Shown here piece by piece: positions 10,311-19,531 of a stretch of 64,000 bases of DNA. The notes beneath the pieces were generated by a model. The model was given only the letters and a program-made list of their open reading frames with translations, searched no databases and was not told the origin of the DNA. Every line of letters starts with the position of its first letter. Within the stretch, counting starts at the first letter, position 1. The translations under genes and the position numbers were made by a program. This stretch comes from a virus, in IMG/VR virus record IMGVR_UViG_3300033273_000392, positions 64,001 through 128,000 of that record; one strand, given 5' to 3'.

Positions 10311-12146
10311 TTATCTTCTTATAATTGATCTTCTGTCTCCAGCCTGAAGCCTAGTGTATATTGTTCTAGGAACAGGAGTCTCGTCAAATGTTACGGTCAG
10401 AGACGCATCAGCATTAATCGACGGTTCATCTAATACCGTGTTTCCGTCTCTATCAAGCCAGCCTCCTCTAAACACTGCAATCTCTTCTTTTTCTAAAATA
10501 ATATCACCATACTGGTCTAATCCAGCGATATCGTATGGGATCGGATCAGTTGGACCTATATTTACAATAGATGTAGTTCTAATCTTCTTAAAGAAAATAT
10601 ACTTTTGCTTACCATTACCAATGTCTTCTAGTGCTATTGGTTGCTGAGGTACTATGGTTGTAGTAACTGACTCGTAGTAACCAAGTCTTCTAGCTGTCTC
10701 TTCTGTCTCTGATATGAATCTAACGTTTACAGCATCTACGCCTTCTACCTCTTCTAGTATGTAGACGATATCACTCTTAGGCAACTTATCACGTCTAGTA
10801 ACATTTAAAAGGTAATTAGAGACAACCGCTCTGATCTCATTAAATATGTCTTGCTTTCTAAATCCTTCGAAGTATCTAATAGAAATGTCCATGCTATACT
10901 TTCTAACGATAGGTTCTACAAACTTAACTTCAGTAGTTACCATTTGCTGACCAGACTCCTGTAGTACACTATGCATGGCAGTATATTCATTCTGATCGAA
11001 GAACATTTCGTTTTCAGGAACTGAGAAGTAGTCTTGGTTTTTTGCTAGCTTTCTTTTAAGATCCGGAATTGCAAATATGTAAATTACATTATCGTCATCA
11101 ATATACTGGTCATCGGTTGTGTTATATGCATCAATATATGAGAATATACCGTATCTGCTTAAGAAGTATTCGTAGTTATCAGGTGTTGCTAAAACGAAAC
11201 TCTTAGACGATCTAGGAGCCATAACCTTAGTAAAGTCAGTTGATTCTTTATCAGCTCCCATTTTAGGAGAAGCTGTAACTTCAGCCTGTAAAAACTCATT
11301 AAGGTCATAGAGATTTCCTGATGCATCAGTTCCCTCTCCAACCCACTTAAAGGTTAGATCGAATGCATCTTCTAGATTTCCTTTTGCGCCGTCATGTTTT
11401 ATATAATCAATAGTAATCTCTGAACCAGAAGCTGGAATCATACCGAAGTTTCCAGTTCCAAAATATATGTCCAGTCCACCTGCGATGCCTGTCTTAATCA
11501 TATAACCTTCATCGCTAGGAAGCATATCATACATAGAATCAAACTTAGTCCAAGGCTTACCATTAACAGAAACTGTAACCAAATTATGGTCGGTAAGTCC
11601 GCCAGTCTGTACATTAAAGGACTGTAGCTTTTCTCCAGTTCCAGTTACTGTTTGTATTTCAGCAGATCCTTGAATAATTGCAGCGGTAAAGAAATTACCG
11701 TTACTCTTTTCAATTCTAAACTGATCTTTATTTGTTCTAACAAGATATGAAAGTCCATTAGAATCAAACTTTATCTGAGTATTAGCGGGTACATTAAGGG
11801 CATCTCCTACTATTTTAGACATGTCGACGCCGGCAGCCCATGCAAACCTAATCTCGCCTACCGCAGCAAAACCTCTAGTTGGATCATGGCCAACCAATCT
11901 AGAAAGCCCGTAAATAGACTCAGGATGCTGAGCGGTATAAATATTTTGCTCTACAGTTGCGTTTTCAACGTAGTACATGATAAACTCAGACATTTCAGAT
12001 AGAACCTCTAATATCTGTGAAAATGGTGACGCTGTAGTGAGCAAAGTACCTGCGCGCTTGTAGACCCTGCCGATATAGGTCTTTGCATCGGCTATGATAT
12101 TTGCAGCGGTAGCTCTTGTAACGTCTAAGAATTTGAAACTGGCCAT
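10311..12146 (-). CDS. Baseplate wedge subunit (T4 gp6 / baseplate J-like)
   Basis: 611 aa; 'IYFGTGNFGMIP', 'DGAKGN', 'GADKES', 'TPDNYEYF' pattern of gp6/J family; adjacent to gp25-like gene. Confidence 0.8.
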   Translation of the reverse strand: MASFKFLDVTRATAANIIADAKTYIGRVYKRAGTLLTTASPFSQILEVLSEMSEFIMYYVENATVEQNIYTAQHPESIYGLSRLVGHDPTRGFAAVGEIRFAWAAGVDMSKIVGDALNVPANTQIKFDSNGLSYLVRTNKDQFRIEKSNGNFFTAAIIQGSAEIQTVTGTGEKLQSFNVQTGGLTDHNLVTVSVNGKPWTKFDSMYDMLPSDEGYMIKTGIAGGLDIYFGTGNFGMIPASGSEITIDYIKHDGAKGNLEDAFDLTFKWVGEGTDASGNLYDLNEFLQAEVTASPKMGADKESTDFTKVMAPRSSKSFVLATPDNYEYFLSRYGIFSYIDAYNTTDDQYIDDDNVIYIFAIPDLKRKLAKNQDYFSVPENEMFFDQNEYTAMHSVLQESGQQMVTTEVKFVEPIVRKYSMDISIRYFEGFRKQDIFNEIRAVVSNYLLNVTRRDKLPKSDIVYILEEVEGVDAVNVRFISETEETARRLGYYESVTTTIVPQQPIALEDIGNGKQKYIFFKKIRTTSIVNIGPTDPIPYDIAGLDQYGDIILEKEEIAVFRGGWLDRDGNTVLDEPSINADASLTVTFDETPVPRTIYTRLQAGDRRSIIRR

Positions 12147-12157
12147 TTAAGTATTCT

Positions 12158-12514
12158 TTAATTAACGGTTACGCGGACTAGGTATTGAGAGTCGATCGTT
12201 ATATCGACATACGCAATATCTCTAACAGTCCCCTTTACGAAGGACACATTAGCCGCTACCTTATATTTTGCAGCAAGAGGGCAGTATGTGTTTAACTGCG
12301 ACTCTATGCTAGATTTAATCTGAAAGTTGTTATAGTTAAGCGAATATACGAGATCTTCTAGGCTACAACCAAAGTCTGGTCTGCCTAGAACCTCACCCTT
12401 ATTAGTAAAAAGTACGGTCTCGATCTGAGTAATTAGCTGAGCTATTTCACTCTGAGAGTGTACCTTCGTTGGGTTGAAGTTTGGATCTCCTATGGTCTTA
12501 ATATATAACTCCAT
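12158..12514 (-). CDS. Baseplate protein gp25-like (sheath initiator)
   Basis: 'LFTNKGEVLGRPDFGCSL' matches the GPW/gp25 motif. Confidence 0.85.
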   Translation of the reverse strand: MELYIKTIGDPNFNPTKVHSQSEIAQLITQIETVLFTNKGEVLGRPDFGCSLEDLVYSLNYNNFQIKSSIESQLNTYCPLAAKYKVAANVSFVKGTVRDIAYVDITIDSQYLVRVTVN

Positions 12515-12533
12515 TTATTATCTATCAAACTTA

Positions 12534-13379
12534 TTATGAGTGCATCATCCAATCGACGCCTTCATCACCTTTGATTTCTTCTATTATTGATGAAAGTTCA
12601 TCATCGCCCATTGACTTAATGGCATCATAATCAAATTCAACGTTTCCTGGAAGAGCAAACTTGAATATGCCTAACTTAGCCCCAAGAGACTGCTTTATCT
12701 TTGCTGAACAATATCTAAAGAAGATCTCATCTTCATATAATGCACAGTTATGTAGTGTCTCATAAACCTCTAGGATAACATCACCCTTTGGGGTGTCCCC
12801 CATAAACTTTAGCTCTCCAGTTAGTGAGCTAAAGTGAAATGATATAGGGTTATCAGTTATCTGCCTAGAAAGGTCTACAAGAGATTGATTAACAACATAG
12901 TATTGTAATTCTTCGGCTCCGTTGGCTGCAGAAGATCCATCATATACATTTCTAAAAAGCATTTTCTCTAACGCAAAATCAGATCCACTGTCAAATCTAA
13001 CGTCTAGGCCGCTTCCAGAAGTATTCCATCCACTAGCAAGGTCGTAAAGTCCGTAAACAGAAAATACCATACCCGATCCATCAGCCGCAGCATCTGGTAA
13101 ATGAAGTGCTCTGTGTGATTTAAAGTAGTCTGTCTCAAATACTGCATGTGGGATGTGATAGAAGTTCTCTTTAACAGAGTACTCATAGTTCTTATAGAAC
13201 CACTTTCTAGCCCTTTTAATAATGCTCTGAACCTCCTTTTTAGGAAGGTTAATAGGAATTAGACATGCTCCTGTAAGGTCGTCGGCTAACTCATTTAGAA
13301 ATGCATTTGTGCACGCATCATCGTCAAACGATCTAGGTGTTGTTAAATCTCCTTGGCTACCACTTCTTATTTCGCTCAT
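12534..13379 (-). CDS. Neck protein (T4 gp13-like)
   Basis: C-terminal 'AKIKQSLGAKLGIFKFALPGNVEFDYDAI' resembles the gp13 family K-Q-x-G...LPG-x-V motif. Confidence 0.65.
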   Translation of the reverse strand: MSEIRSGSQGDLTTPRSFDDDACTNAFLNELADDLTGACLIPINLPKKEVQSIIKRARKWFYKNYEYSVKENFYHIPHAVFETDYFKSHRALHLPDAAADGSGMVFSVYGLYDLASGWNTSGSGLDVRFDSGSDFALEKMLFRNVYDGSSAANGAEELQYYVVNQSLVDLSRQITDNPISFHFSSLTGELKFMGDTPKGDVILEVYETLHNCALYEDEIFFRYCSAKIKQSLGAKLGIFKFALPGNVEFDYDAIKSMGDDELSSIIEEIKGDEGVDWMMHS

Positions 13380-13394
13380 ATCACGATTTTATTT

Positions 13395-13538
13395 TTACGT
13401 ATAGAGTGTAGGTCTAGGTATACCTTCTAAGACCTTATTTCTATTTTTTTTCCATTTGTTTATAAAGTCAGGGTCGTTTACGTATTGTTTCCACACATAA
13501 AAGTCCTTTAAATCCTCTAATAGTTGTTGAATATCCAT
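13395..13538 (-). CDS. Small hypothetical protein (47 aa, MDIQQLLEDLKDFYVWKQY...)
   Basis: Manually found; TAATG stop/start overlap with the upstream gene; fills the intergenic gap. Confidence 0.6.
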   Translation of the reverse strand: MDIQQLLEDLKDFYVWKQYVNDPDFINKWKKNRNKVLEGIPRPTLYT

Positions 13539-14848
13539 TATGACTTTATCTTTTTGCTTACTATAACTTCAGTATCTTCAAATCTAGCATGGTCAGAAAT
13601 CATACCCTCTCTAAAAATACCGCCGATCATCTTGCCTTTAAATATGCCGTCTCTTCCAAAAACATATGAGTTAGTAATCGTGCAGCTCCCATGGACAAAG
13701 CACGATTCTACCTTACTTTCTTTAATCTCAGTTCCCTGGAAGATATTACACCTTTTAAGAGAAGAGTCGTCTACCTTACATGCAAATAGGTCACACTCTT
13801 CTATGACCCCGTTTATCTCGCAGTCCACAAAGTCATAGCCTCTTAGATCGAAGCATGCTGGAAACTTACCATCCTTAACTTGAACTCGGCCTATATCACT
13901 ATCATAGTTTATGATTCCCTCTTGCATGCCACCCTCAGCCAGCAGCTTAACTATTTGCTCTTTTATAGAAGCCCAGTGTAAGTCTACTATAGGTTCAGCG
14001 TCTTGTAAGTCTACGAGTACGGCAATGTTCTTAAAGTTATTCTTAATTGTCTTAAAGTCTCTAAGAGCTTCTACGAACCTTATATTCTTATTTAGTATCG
14101 ACTTTAACTCTAGCTTGTTCTCTTCGGTAAATCTACTGTTATTACACGACTTCCATATCTGGTAGACAAAGCTATCCCATAAGTAGAATATAGCATCTTG
14201 CTTATCCTCATAGTTTTTGCCACCTAAATATCTGAACTCTAAATAGTTTTTGATCTTCTTTTCAAAGTTAATCCCAAAGTATTTAGTGCTAGGGAAATTG
14301 TAGTTATGAACTGACGTGTTATTCTCGTCGAAGTAGAAGGATTCCCTTTTTGGCATTACCCATTTAATCGATCTAGCGTACACTGATCCTTTTCTATGCG
14401 GGAAAAGCTTATAGACCTGCTTTTCATTAAACTCTAGAATGAACTTAAGAGTATTCATTCTAGAAATCATATTAGGATCCTCTAGATATTCTTTATCAAA
14501 GGAAAGGTTTAGGTGGATCCCGGATCTATCAGTCGTATAGCCATTCTCTCTGATCCACTTTAAAACCTTAACCATAAGCATTCTAGCATTTCTGTATGGC
14601 ATAGCACCAGTCACAAGCTCCATGAGTCCCTTTCCACCTGACATATCAGGCTCAATTTTAAACTCTTTGTCGCTAGGCTGGAAATCAGAATGCGCTTTAT
14701 CTTCTATCCTAATTGGACGACCTAGAAGAGAACTAAGTTGATTCTTAGTCTCTTCTAGGCCCAATTTTGAATAGAACTCAAACTCTACACCACATAGAGA
14801 TGCGTTAAGGATCTGATCGCGGGTTGAGTCTTTAGTAAGTTTAGCCAT
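13538..14848 (-). CDS. Putative amidoligase (COOH-NH2 ligase) with C-terminal beta-helix-like repeats
   Basis: Motifs GVEFEF, ELVT, GIHLNLSF, KYFGINF, YLEFRYLGG typical of the Amidoligase_2 / glutamate-cysteine-ligase-like fold. Confidence 0.7.
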   Translation of the reverse strand: MAKLTKDSTRDQILNASLCGVEFEFYSKLGLEETKNQLSSLLGRPIRIEDKAHSDFQPSDKEFKIEPDMSGGKGLMELVTGAMPYRNARMLMVKVLKWIRENGYTTDRSGIHLNLSFDKEYLEDPNMISRMNTLKFILEFNEKQVYKLFPHRKGSVYARSIKWVMPKRESFYFDENNTSVHNYNFPSTKYFGINFEKKIKNYLEFRYLGGKNYEDKQDAIFYLWDSFVYQIWKSCNNSRFTEENKLELKSILNKNIRFVEALRDFKTIKNNFKNIAVLVDLQDAEPIVDLHWASIKEQIVKLLAEGGMQEGIINYDSDIGRVQVKDGKFPACFDLRGYDFVDCEINGVIEECDLFACKVDDSSLKRCNIFQGTEIKESKVESCFVHGSCTITNSYVFGRDGIFKGKMIGGIFREGMISDHARFEDTEVIVSKKIKS

Positions 14849-14904
14849 GCTACTATGATAATACCTTTTCTTTTGGTATATATCTAGCTAGCTATATAAA
14901 CATA

Positions 14905-16224
14905 TTAACTTGGTAGCTTCAAAAAGACTCGCTTCATCTCCTGATCAATCCTAGTGATATCAACAGTTATCTTATCACCAGGACCAAAGCTCTTTATAAG
15001 GTCCTCACCTATCTCACTGACGTGGAGCAAGCCAACTACTCCTTCCTCAATAGAGATGAATAGGCCATAGTCTTTTGCGGTCTTAACAGTAGCCTCGACA
15101 GTAGAAGGGATCTTATACCTAGAGTTTATAGTCAACCATGGATTTACCTTATCTTCGTCCTTCTGAGTTAGAGTAATCTTCTTATTTGATATAATATCTT
15201 TTATCTTAAACGTTATAGAATCACCTGGCTTTATACTCTGTGACTTATGAGCTGCGGATGTTTCTTTGTCTAAATCGTTTACGTGAATCATACCGGTTAA
15301 GCACTGGTTAAACTCACAGAATACTCCGTACCTTGCAGTACCAGTAACAAAGCCGGTAATAGACTGATCTATATTCTCTCGAAGATTTTCGATCGCATCA
15401 GGTATTAGAGCCTGCAAATACTTTCTATGTGACACGACGATAGTACCTCTATCGTTTGAGAAAGAAACAGGAACGACATACATATCAGCCCCAACAATAG
15501 ACTCAAAGTCATGTAGCTTGTTTATACCCGCAAGAGAACCTGGCATAAAGCATGGAATTCCCTGCACGTCTACAATATAGCCTCCATTAGAAATCATCTC
15601 TTTAACAGTTCCCATCCATGCGGTATCTTTAGAGTCAATACCCTTTCTAAGTTCAGAAAATACTTTCTGCATCATGCCTGCAGTTATGCTCCCTTGGATA
15701 TGACCAACACCTTCATCAGTCTGGCATTCTGTAATTAGAACTGAGACTTCTTCGCCAACTCTGATATCTTGATACTGTGGATCCTCCTTAGAGATTTTGA
15801 TATAGACTAATTGTCTGTAATCAATGTCCACCGTAGCCCAGCCCTGTCCAATGTTGTAGACCTTACCGTCGTATATCGCACCTAGCGTCAGCTCATCGAT
15901 AAGGTTGTTCATGTTCTGACAGTTACTAAGTCTGTCATAGTATTCTTGAGCATATGGCTCAAACGAGAATACCTTCTCGTTATTCTGTGTCTTAACTCTA
16001 GGGTTTCCTTTCTTAAAAGATGAGAAACAAGTAGACTCGTATCCCTCCCAATTAAACTCCCCATTATCAAGTGTCCACTTAAGCCTTTCCTCATCAACAT
16101 AATCCTCTTTCTCAACTGGAGATTCAACCATGTTAAATCCCTTAAACTCGTTAAGTACGTTTAGGCTTTTCTCATTTGAGGATGTCTCTTCAGGCTTGAT
16201 CCTCGGTCTTTTTTTAGATTCCAT
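14905..16224 (-). CDS. rpsA: Multi-S1-domain RNA-binding protein (ribosomal protein bS1-like)
   Basis: About 4 S1 repeats: 'GGYIVDVQGIPCFMPGS', 'IVVSHRKYL', 'YGVFCEF...GMIHVNDL', 'DYGLFISIEEGVVGLLHVSEI'. Confidence 0.75.
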   Translation of the reverse strand: MESKKRPRIKPEETSSNEKSLNVLNEFKGFNMVESPVEKEDYVDEERLKWTLDNGEFNWEGYESTCFSSFKKGNPRVKTQNNEKVFSFEPYAQEYYDRLSNCQNMNNLIDELTLGAIYDGKVYNIGQGWATVDIDYRQLVYIKISKEDPQYQDIRVGEEVSVLITECQTDEGVGHIQGSITAGMMQKVFSELRKGIDSKDTAWMGTVKEMISNGGYIVDVQGIPCFMPGSLAGINKLHDFESIVGADMYVVPVSFSNDRGTIVVSHRKYLQALIPDAIENLRENIDQSITGFVTGTARYGVFCEFNQCLTGMIHVNDLDKETSAAHKSQSIKPGDSITFKIKDIISNKKITLTQKDEDKVNPWLTINSRYKIPSTVEATVKTAKDYGLFISIEEGVVGLLHVSEIGEDLIKSFGPGDKITVDITRIDQEMKRVFLKLPS

Positions 16225-16261
16225 TATTTTTTATTTAGAAGTGTAATAAGCTATATATCAA

Positions 16262-16975
16262 TCACACCGTGATGCCTTTCCATGGTTTTACTAAAGGCAC
16301 CGGTGGGGTGGTAGATGAAATTCCAAAATAAATGCCACTCACTGAATCTAAGTGCTGTTTAAATCCATCAATAATATCATCAAGCATCTTAGAAACAGCT
16401 ACAGTGTATTCTTTTTCTTCATTGTACTTAGAAAACGCATTTATAAAACCCTTTGCTATAGGTCTTGGATTTCCTGGAAATAGTATTGTAACTCCAACGA
16501 GCGGGGATGAAAATCCAGCTGGAGGGGGAAGCGGAGAAAACGAGCTGGGAACCATGGCTACTGCCCAATATGCAACCACAGCAAGACCAATCGGAAGCAT
16601 AAGTAACATAGACGGTTTATCTCCTTTTTGTTGGCTTCTTTTCAAGGCTAGTTTAATTGCTAATGCGATAGGTAATTTTAGAGGCTGCATAGTTCCGGAA
16701 TGAAATCCAGATATGATAGGTCTGCTTCCTTCTCTTGCTGACGCAATTGCCAAGTGATACTCTTCGGCAAACTTCATAGCCAACTTATTTAGCTCGAAGT
16801 CTTCTCCTTCGTCTCCAGGCGCAAACTCTTCTCCTATTTGATTTCCTTCTTCATCAAAGACAGGAACCATAAATGGAGCAGGCATGTCTTCAGGACTTTT
16901 GTTACCTGCACCAGATGCATTAGTCTCATTCAGAAGAAAGTCTGTCATATTAGATTTAAACGTAGGCCAACTCAT
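16262..16975 (-). CDS. Hypothetical structural protein (baseplate region)
   Basis: 237 aa, Pro-rich, downstream of the spike gene. Confidence 0.45.
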   Translation of the reverse strand: MSWPTFKSNMTDFLLNETNASGAGNKSPEDMPAPFMVPVFDEEGNQIGEEFAPGDEGEDFELNKLAMKFAEEYHLAIASAREGSRPIISGFHSGTMQPLKLPIALAIKLALKRSQQKGDKPSMLLMLPIGLAVVAYWAVAMVPSSFSPLPPPAGFSSPLVGVTILFPGNPRPIAKGFINAFSKYNEEKEYTVAVSKMLDDIIDGFKQHLDSVSGIYFGISSTTPPVPLVKPWKGITV

Positions 16976-16976
16976 A

Positions 16977-17861
16977 TTATTCGGTATCGTTATCTTCTTC
17001 AGCGTCTTCTATAGGATCGTTTAATCGACTACTATCGATGTCTTCAACTGAATATTCTTTATTAAAGTCTTCTAACTTTTTTGAAAATGTCTTTATAATA
17101 GTTTTTGAACTACCCTCGTTGATAGTATAATCAACAATATCTCCATCCTGCTTAAGTTTTTCTAAATCAACTATCATATTATCTATCATAGTTTTTCTTT
17201 CATTGATATCTTTAGGTAAATCCCCAGACTTTTCTACGTCAAATGTGATTCCGTTTTCAGTTAATGTTTCCATAACCACATTTCCATGGACCAAAATATC
17301 AACATCTTCAATTAAGCCGACTTCCTTTTGACCTTGAACCGTAACCTTTACTCTTTTCATGAATTGTTTAATTTCATCTCTAATAAGCTTATAATAAAGT
17401 CTAATCCTAGTTCTAGTGTAATCACGACCAATCGGCCTAACAAGTTCGAATCCAGAAAAGCTCATATATGATTGAACATCGGTAAGTCTTCTATAGATTG
17501 AAGTATCTTGCCCGTCTTTTGAAGTTCCTTTTTGGTATAATATGTTTACCCCGGGGACGTTAACAGAATAAGTATAGTAGTTTTTCATAGCAAATTCACT
17601 ACTAAAAAAGTAATTAATATGTGAAGCAATGTCAAATGGCTTTAATTCATCCATAGACTTCTTTATCTTATTTTTAAGACCTTCGGTTTCTATAGTTTCT
17701 CCAGACCACATCGCATTAAAATTATGGTTCTTAAGTTTAAGATCTGCCATAACAAACTTAAGTACGGCCTGCGACAAAAGATCAGCAATTTCTTCATGCT
17801 CATCTTCGTTTAAGATATGCTCTTCGCCATATTCTTCAATAAGGTAGTAGAATCCCTTCAT
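16977..17861 (-). CDS. Hypothetical protein
   Basis: 294 aa ORF tiling the minus strand. Confidence 0.6.
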   Translation of the reverse strand: MKGFYYLIEEYGEEHILNEDEHEEIADLLSQAVLKFVMADLKLKNHNFNAMWSGETIETEGLKNKIKKSMDELKPFDIASHINYFFSSEFAMKNYYTYSVNVPGVNILYQKGTSKDGQDTSIYRRLTDVQSYMSFSGFELVRPIGRDYTRTRIRLYYKLIRDEIKQFMKRVKVTVQGQKEVGLIEDVDILVHGNVVMETLTENGITFDVEKSGDLPKDINERKTMIDNMIVDLEKLKQDGDIVDYTINEGSSKTIIKTFSKKLEDFNKEYSVEDIDSSRLNDPIEDAEEDNDTE

Positions 17862-17866
17862 TTAAA

Positions 17867-18562
17867 TCACTTTTGCTGAATAAAACCTTCACCTGAATTA
17901 CTGTCTATTTTAGTCTGAAGGCTAATCATAGTAGGCAATTGTGGTGGCAGGGGTGGACCTGAAGGACCTACACCCGTCGGATGTGTATGTGCGTTAAACT
18001 GAGTTATTATTTCAGATAGAAGATCTGCTAAGGTTTGTCCTTTAACAGCGGGTTCGGCCGTATCTCCTGGATCTGTAGCAATATAAATCTTATCTGAGTT
18101 TATAAATATTTCGCCATCCGGTGAAAATCTAATCATAGGTTGCGCCTCATTAGACTCACCAGTCGTCATAACTAATCCATCTTCTGGTGAAAAGTATAGC
18201 CTAAAGTTTCTTTCGGCATCATATGCCAAAGAAATTACGTTATGTGGTTCTTCTGAGTTATCAAGTATATCTGTTTGTAAGTCCTCGTTCTGGTCTACTT
18301 GGAACCAATACTCAGGGTGATATAGGTCACCATTATCAAATCTTACAGCAATAATGTCACCTACTCTAGGAACCATATGAGAACCTGGAGTAACTCTATT
18401 CATAGGCGATGCCCATGGTATTGCTTCATTAGGCAACTTATCAAACTTACCAAAAACCTTTACGCGACAACGCCCCTTTGCTAGTGGATCGGCATTATCA
18501 ACAACCTCTCCTATCCAATGGGTATCTCTTAAGTTATCATGTATAAGCTCTCTTTGCTTCAT
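17867..18562 (-). CDS. Baseplate central spike (gp5 N-terminal OB fold / gpV-like, HxH tip)
   Basis: 'GEVVDNADPLAKGRCRVKVFG', 'PWASP', 'VPRVGD' OB-fold motifs; C-terminal 'HTHPTGVGPSGPP'. Confidence 0.85.
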   Translation of the reverse strand: MKQRELIHDNLRDTHWIGEVVDNADPLAKGRCRVKVFGKFDKLPNEAIPWASPMNRVTPGSHMVPRVGDIIAVRFDNGDLYHPEYWFQVDQNEDLQTDILDNSEEPHNVISLAYDAERNFRLYFSPEDGLVMTTGESNEAQPMIRFSPDGEIFINSDKIYIATDPGDTAEPAVKGQTLADLLSEIITQFNAHTHPTGVGPSGPPLPPQLPTMISLQTKIDSNSGEGFIQQK

Positions 18563-19518
18563 CGTATAATATTACCAAGGCCGTTTACGCTACCTGCTCT
18601 TACGGCGTCTTGTATATCGGATATAGTATTAGCCTCATATACATTACCTAAGAAGATAGCTCCTTTGATATTATCTATCGCTCTATCTACGAGACCGCCT
18701 CCAATCTGTTGTATCTTATCTAGACCAGCTTGTGCCAAGTCTTTAGCTATTCCATTTTCTTGTTGGTAAATAATAGAGTTAGCATACATTTGATCAGCGT
18801 CGTGTGTTGTTTCGTATTGTATCTTTATCTTAGCGGCAGCCGCTTCTCCTGGAGACTTACTTAACTCAGCAAGTGCATCTGTTCCTGAGTCTATATCAAA
18901 ATGACAATGTCCTAAATTTATCTTAAAGAAAGGCTTAGAGACGCGTATATCCGCTTTTTCTTTATCAGTCATAACTGCAGTATTAAACTGATCACCGCCA
19001 TTTAATCTATAATCTAGCTCCTGTGTTAGTTTTCTTTTAAACGGTCTAACTTCAGTTACATAGATATACATAGAAAATCTTCTTAAATTCATAGGTAAAA
19101 CTTCAACATATCTTTCAAAATCATATGTTGCTCTTCTATAAAGATCCATCATACCCATTGTCGTTAATTCAACGGTTTCTAAACAACTTATTTCTACGAC
19201 ATTATCATCTTTACCCCTAAATGGATCTTCCATTTTTCCATATTTCTTAGAAACGTCAAGTCCAGAAATAGACTGCCAGAACCAAGGCATTTCTTCATTA
19301 ACAGCTTTAAGTATCTTTATAAAATTATCTAAATGCTGAACTCTTTCCTGATCGCCAATTACGTTCTCTAGGTAGTGTCTAGCTTCACCGTTAAATAGAG
19401 GGGAATGATGCGTAATATAGTCGAACATTATAAAAAAGCTTAGATACGTTGGGTCTTCATGAGTACCTCTAAATATCCTTCCCTTTCTAAAGTCCTTTGT
19501 TGTCTTAAAGTCTGCCAT
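18559..19518 (-). CDS. Tail/baseplate structural protein (tube-like fold suspected)
   Basis: 319 aa between hub and spike genes; context. Confidence 0.45.
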   Translation of the reverse strand: MADFKTTKDFRKGRIFRGTHEDPTYLSFFIMFDYITHHSPLFNGEARHYLENVIGDQERVQHLDNFIKILKAVNEEMPWFWQSISGLDVSKKYGKMEDPFRGKDDNVVEISCLETVELTTMGMMDLYRRATYDFERYVEVLPMNLRRFSMYIYVTEVRPFKRKLTQELDYRLNGGDQFNTAVMTDKEKADIRVSKPFFKINLGHCHFDIDSGTDALAELSKSPGEAAAAKIKIQYETTHDADQMYANSIIYQQENGIAKDLAQAGLDKIQQIGGGLVDRAIDNIKGAIFLGNVYEANTISDIQDAVRAGSVNGLGNIIR

Positions 19519-19531
19519 GGTCTATATATTT

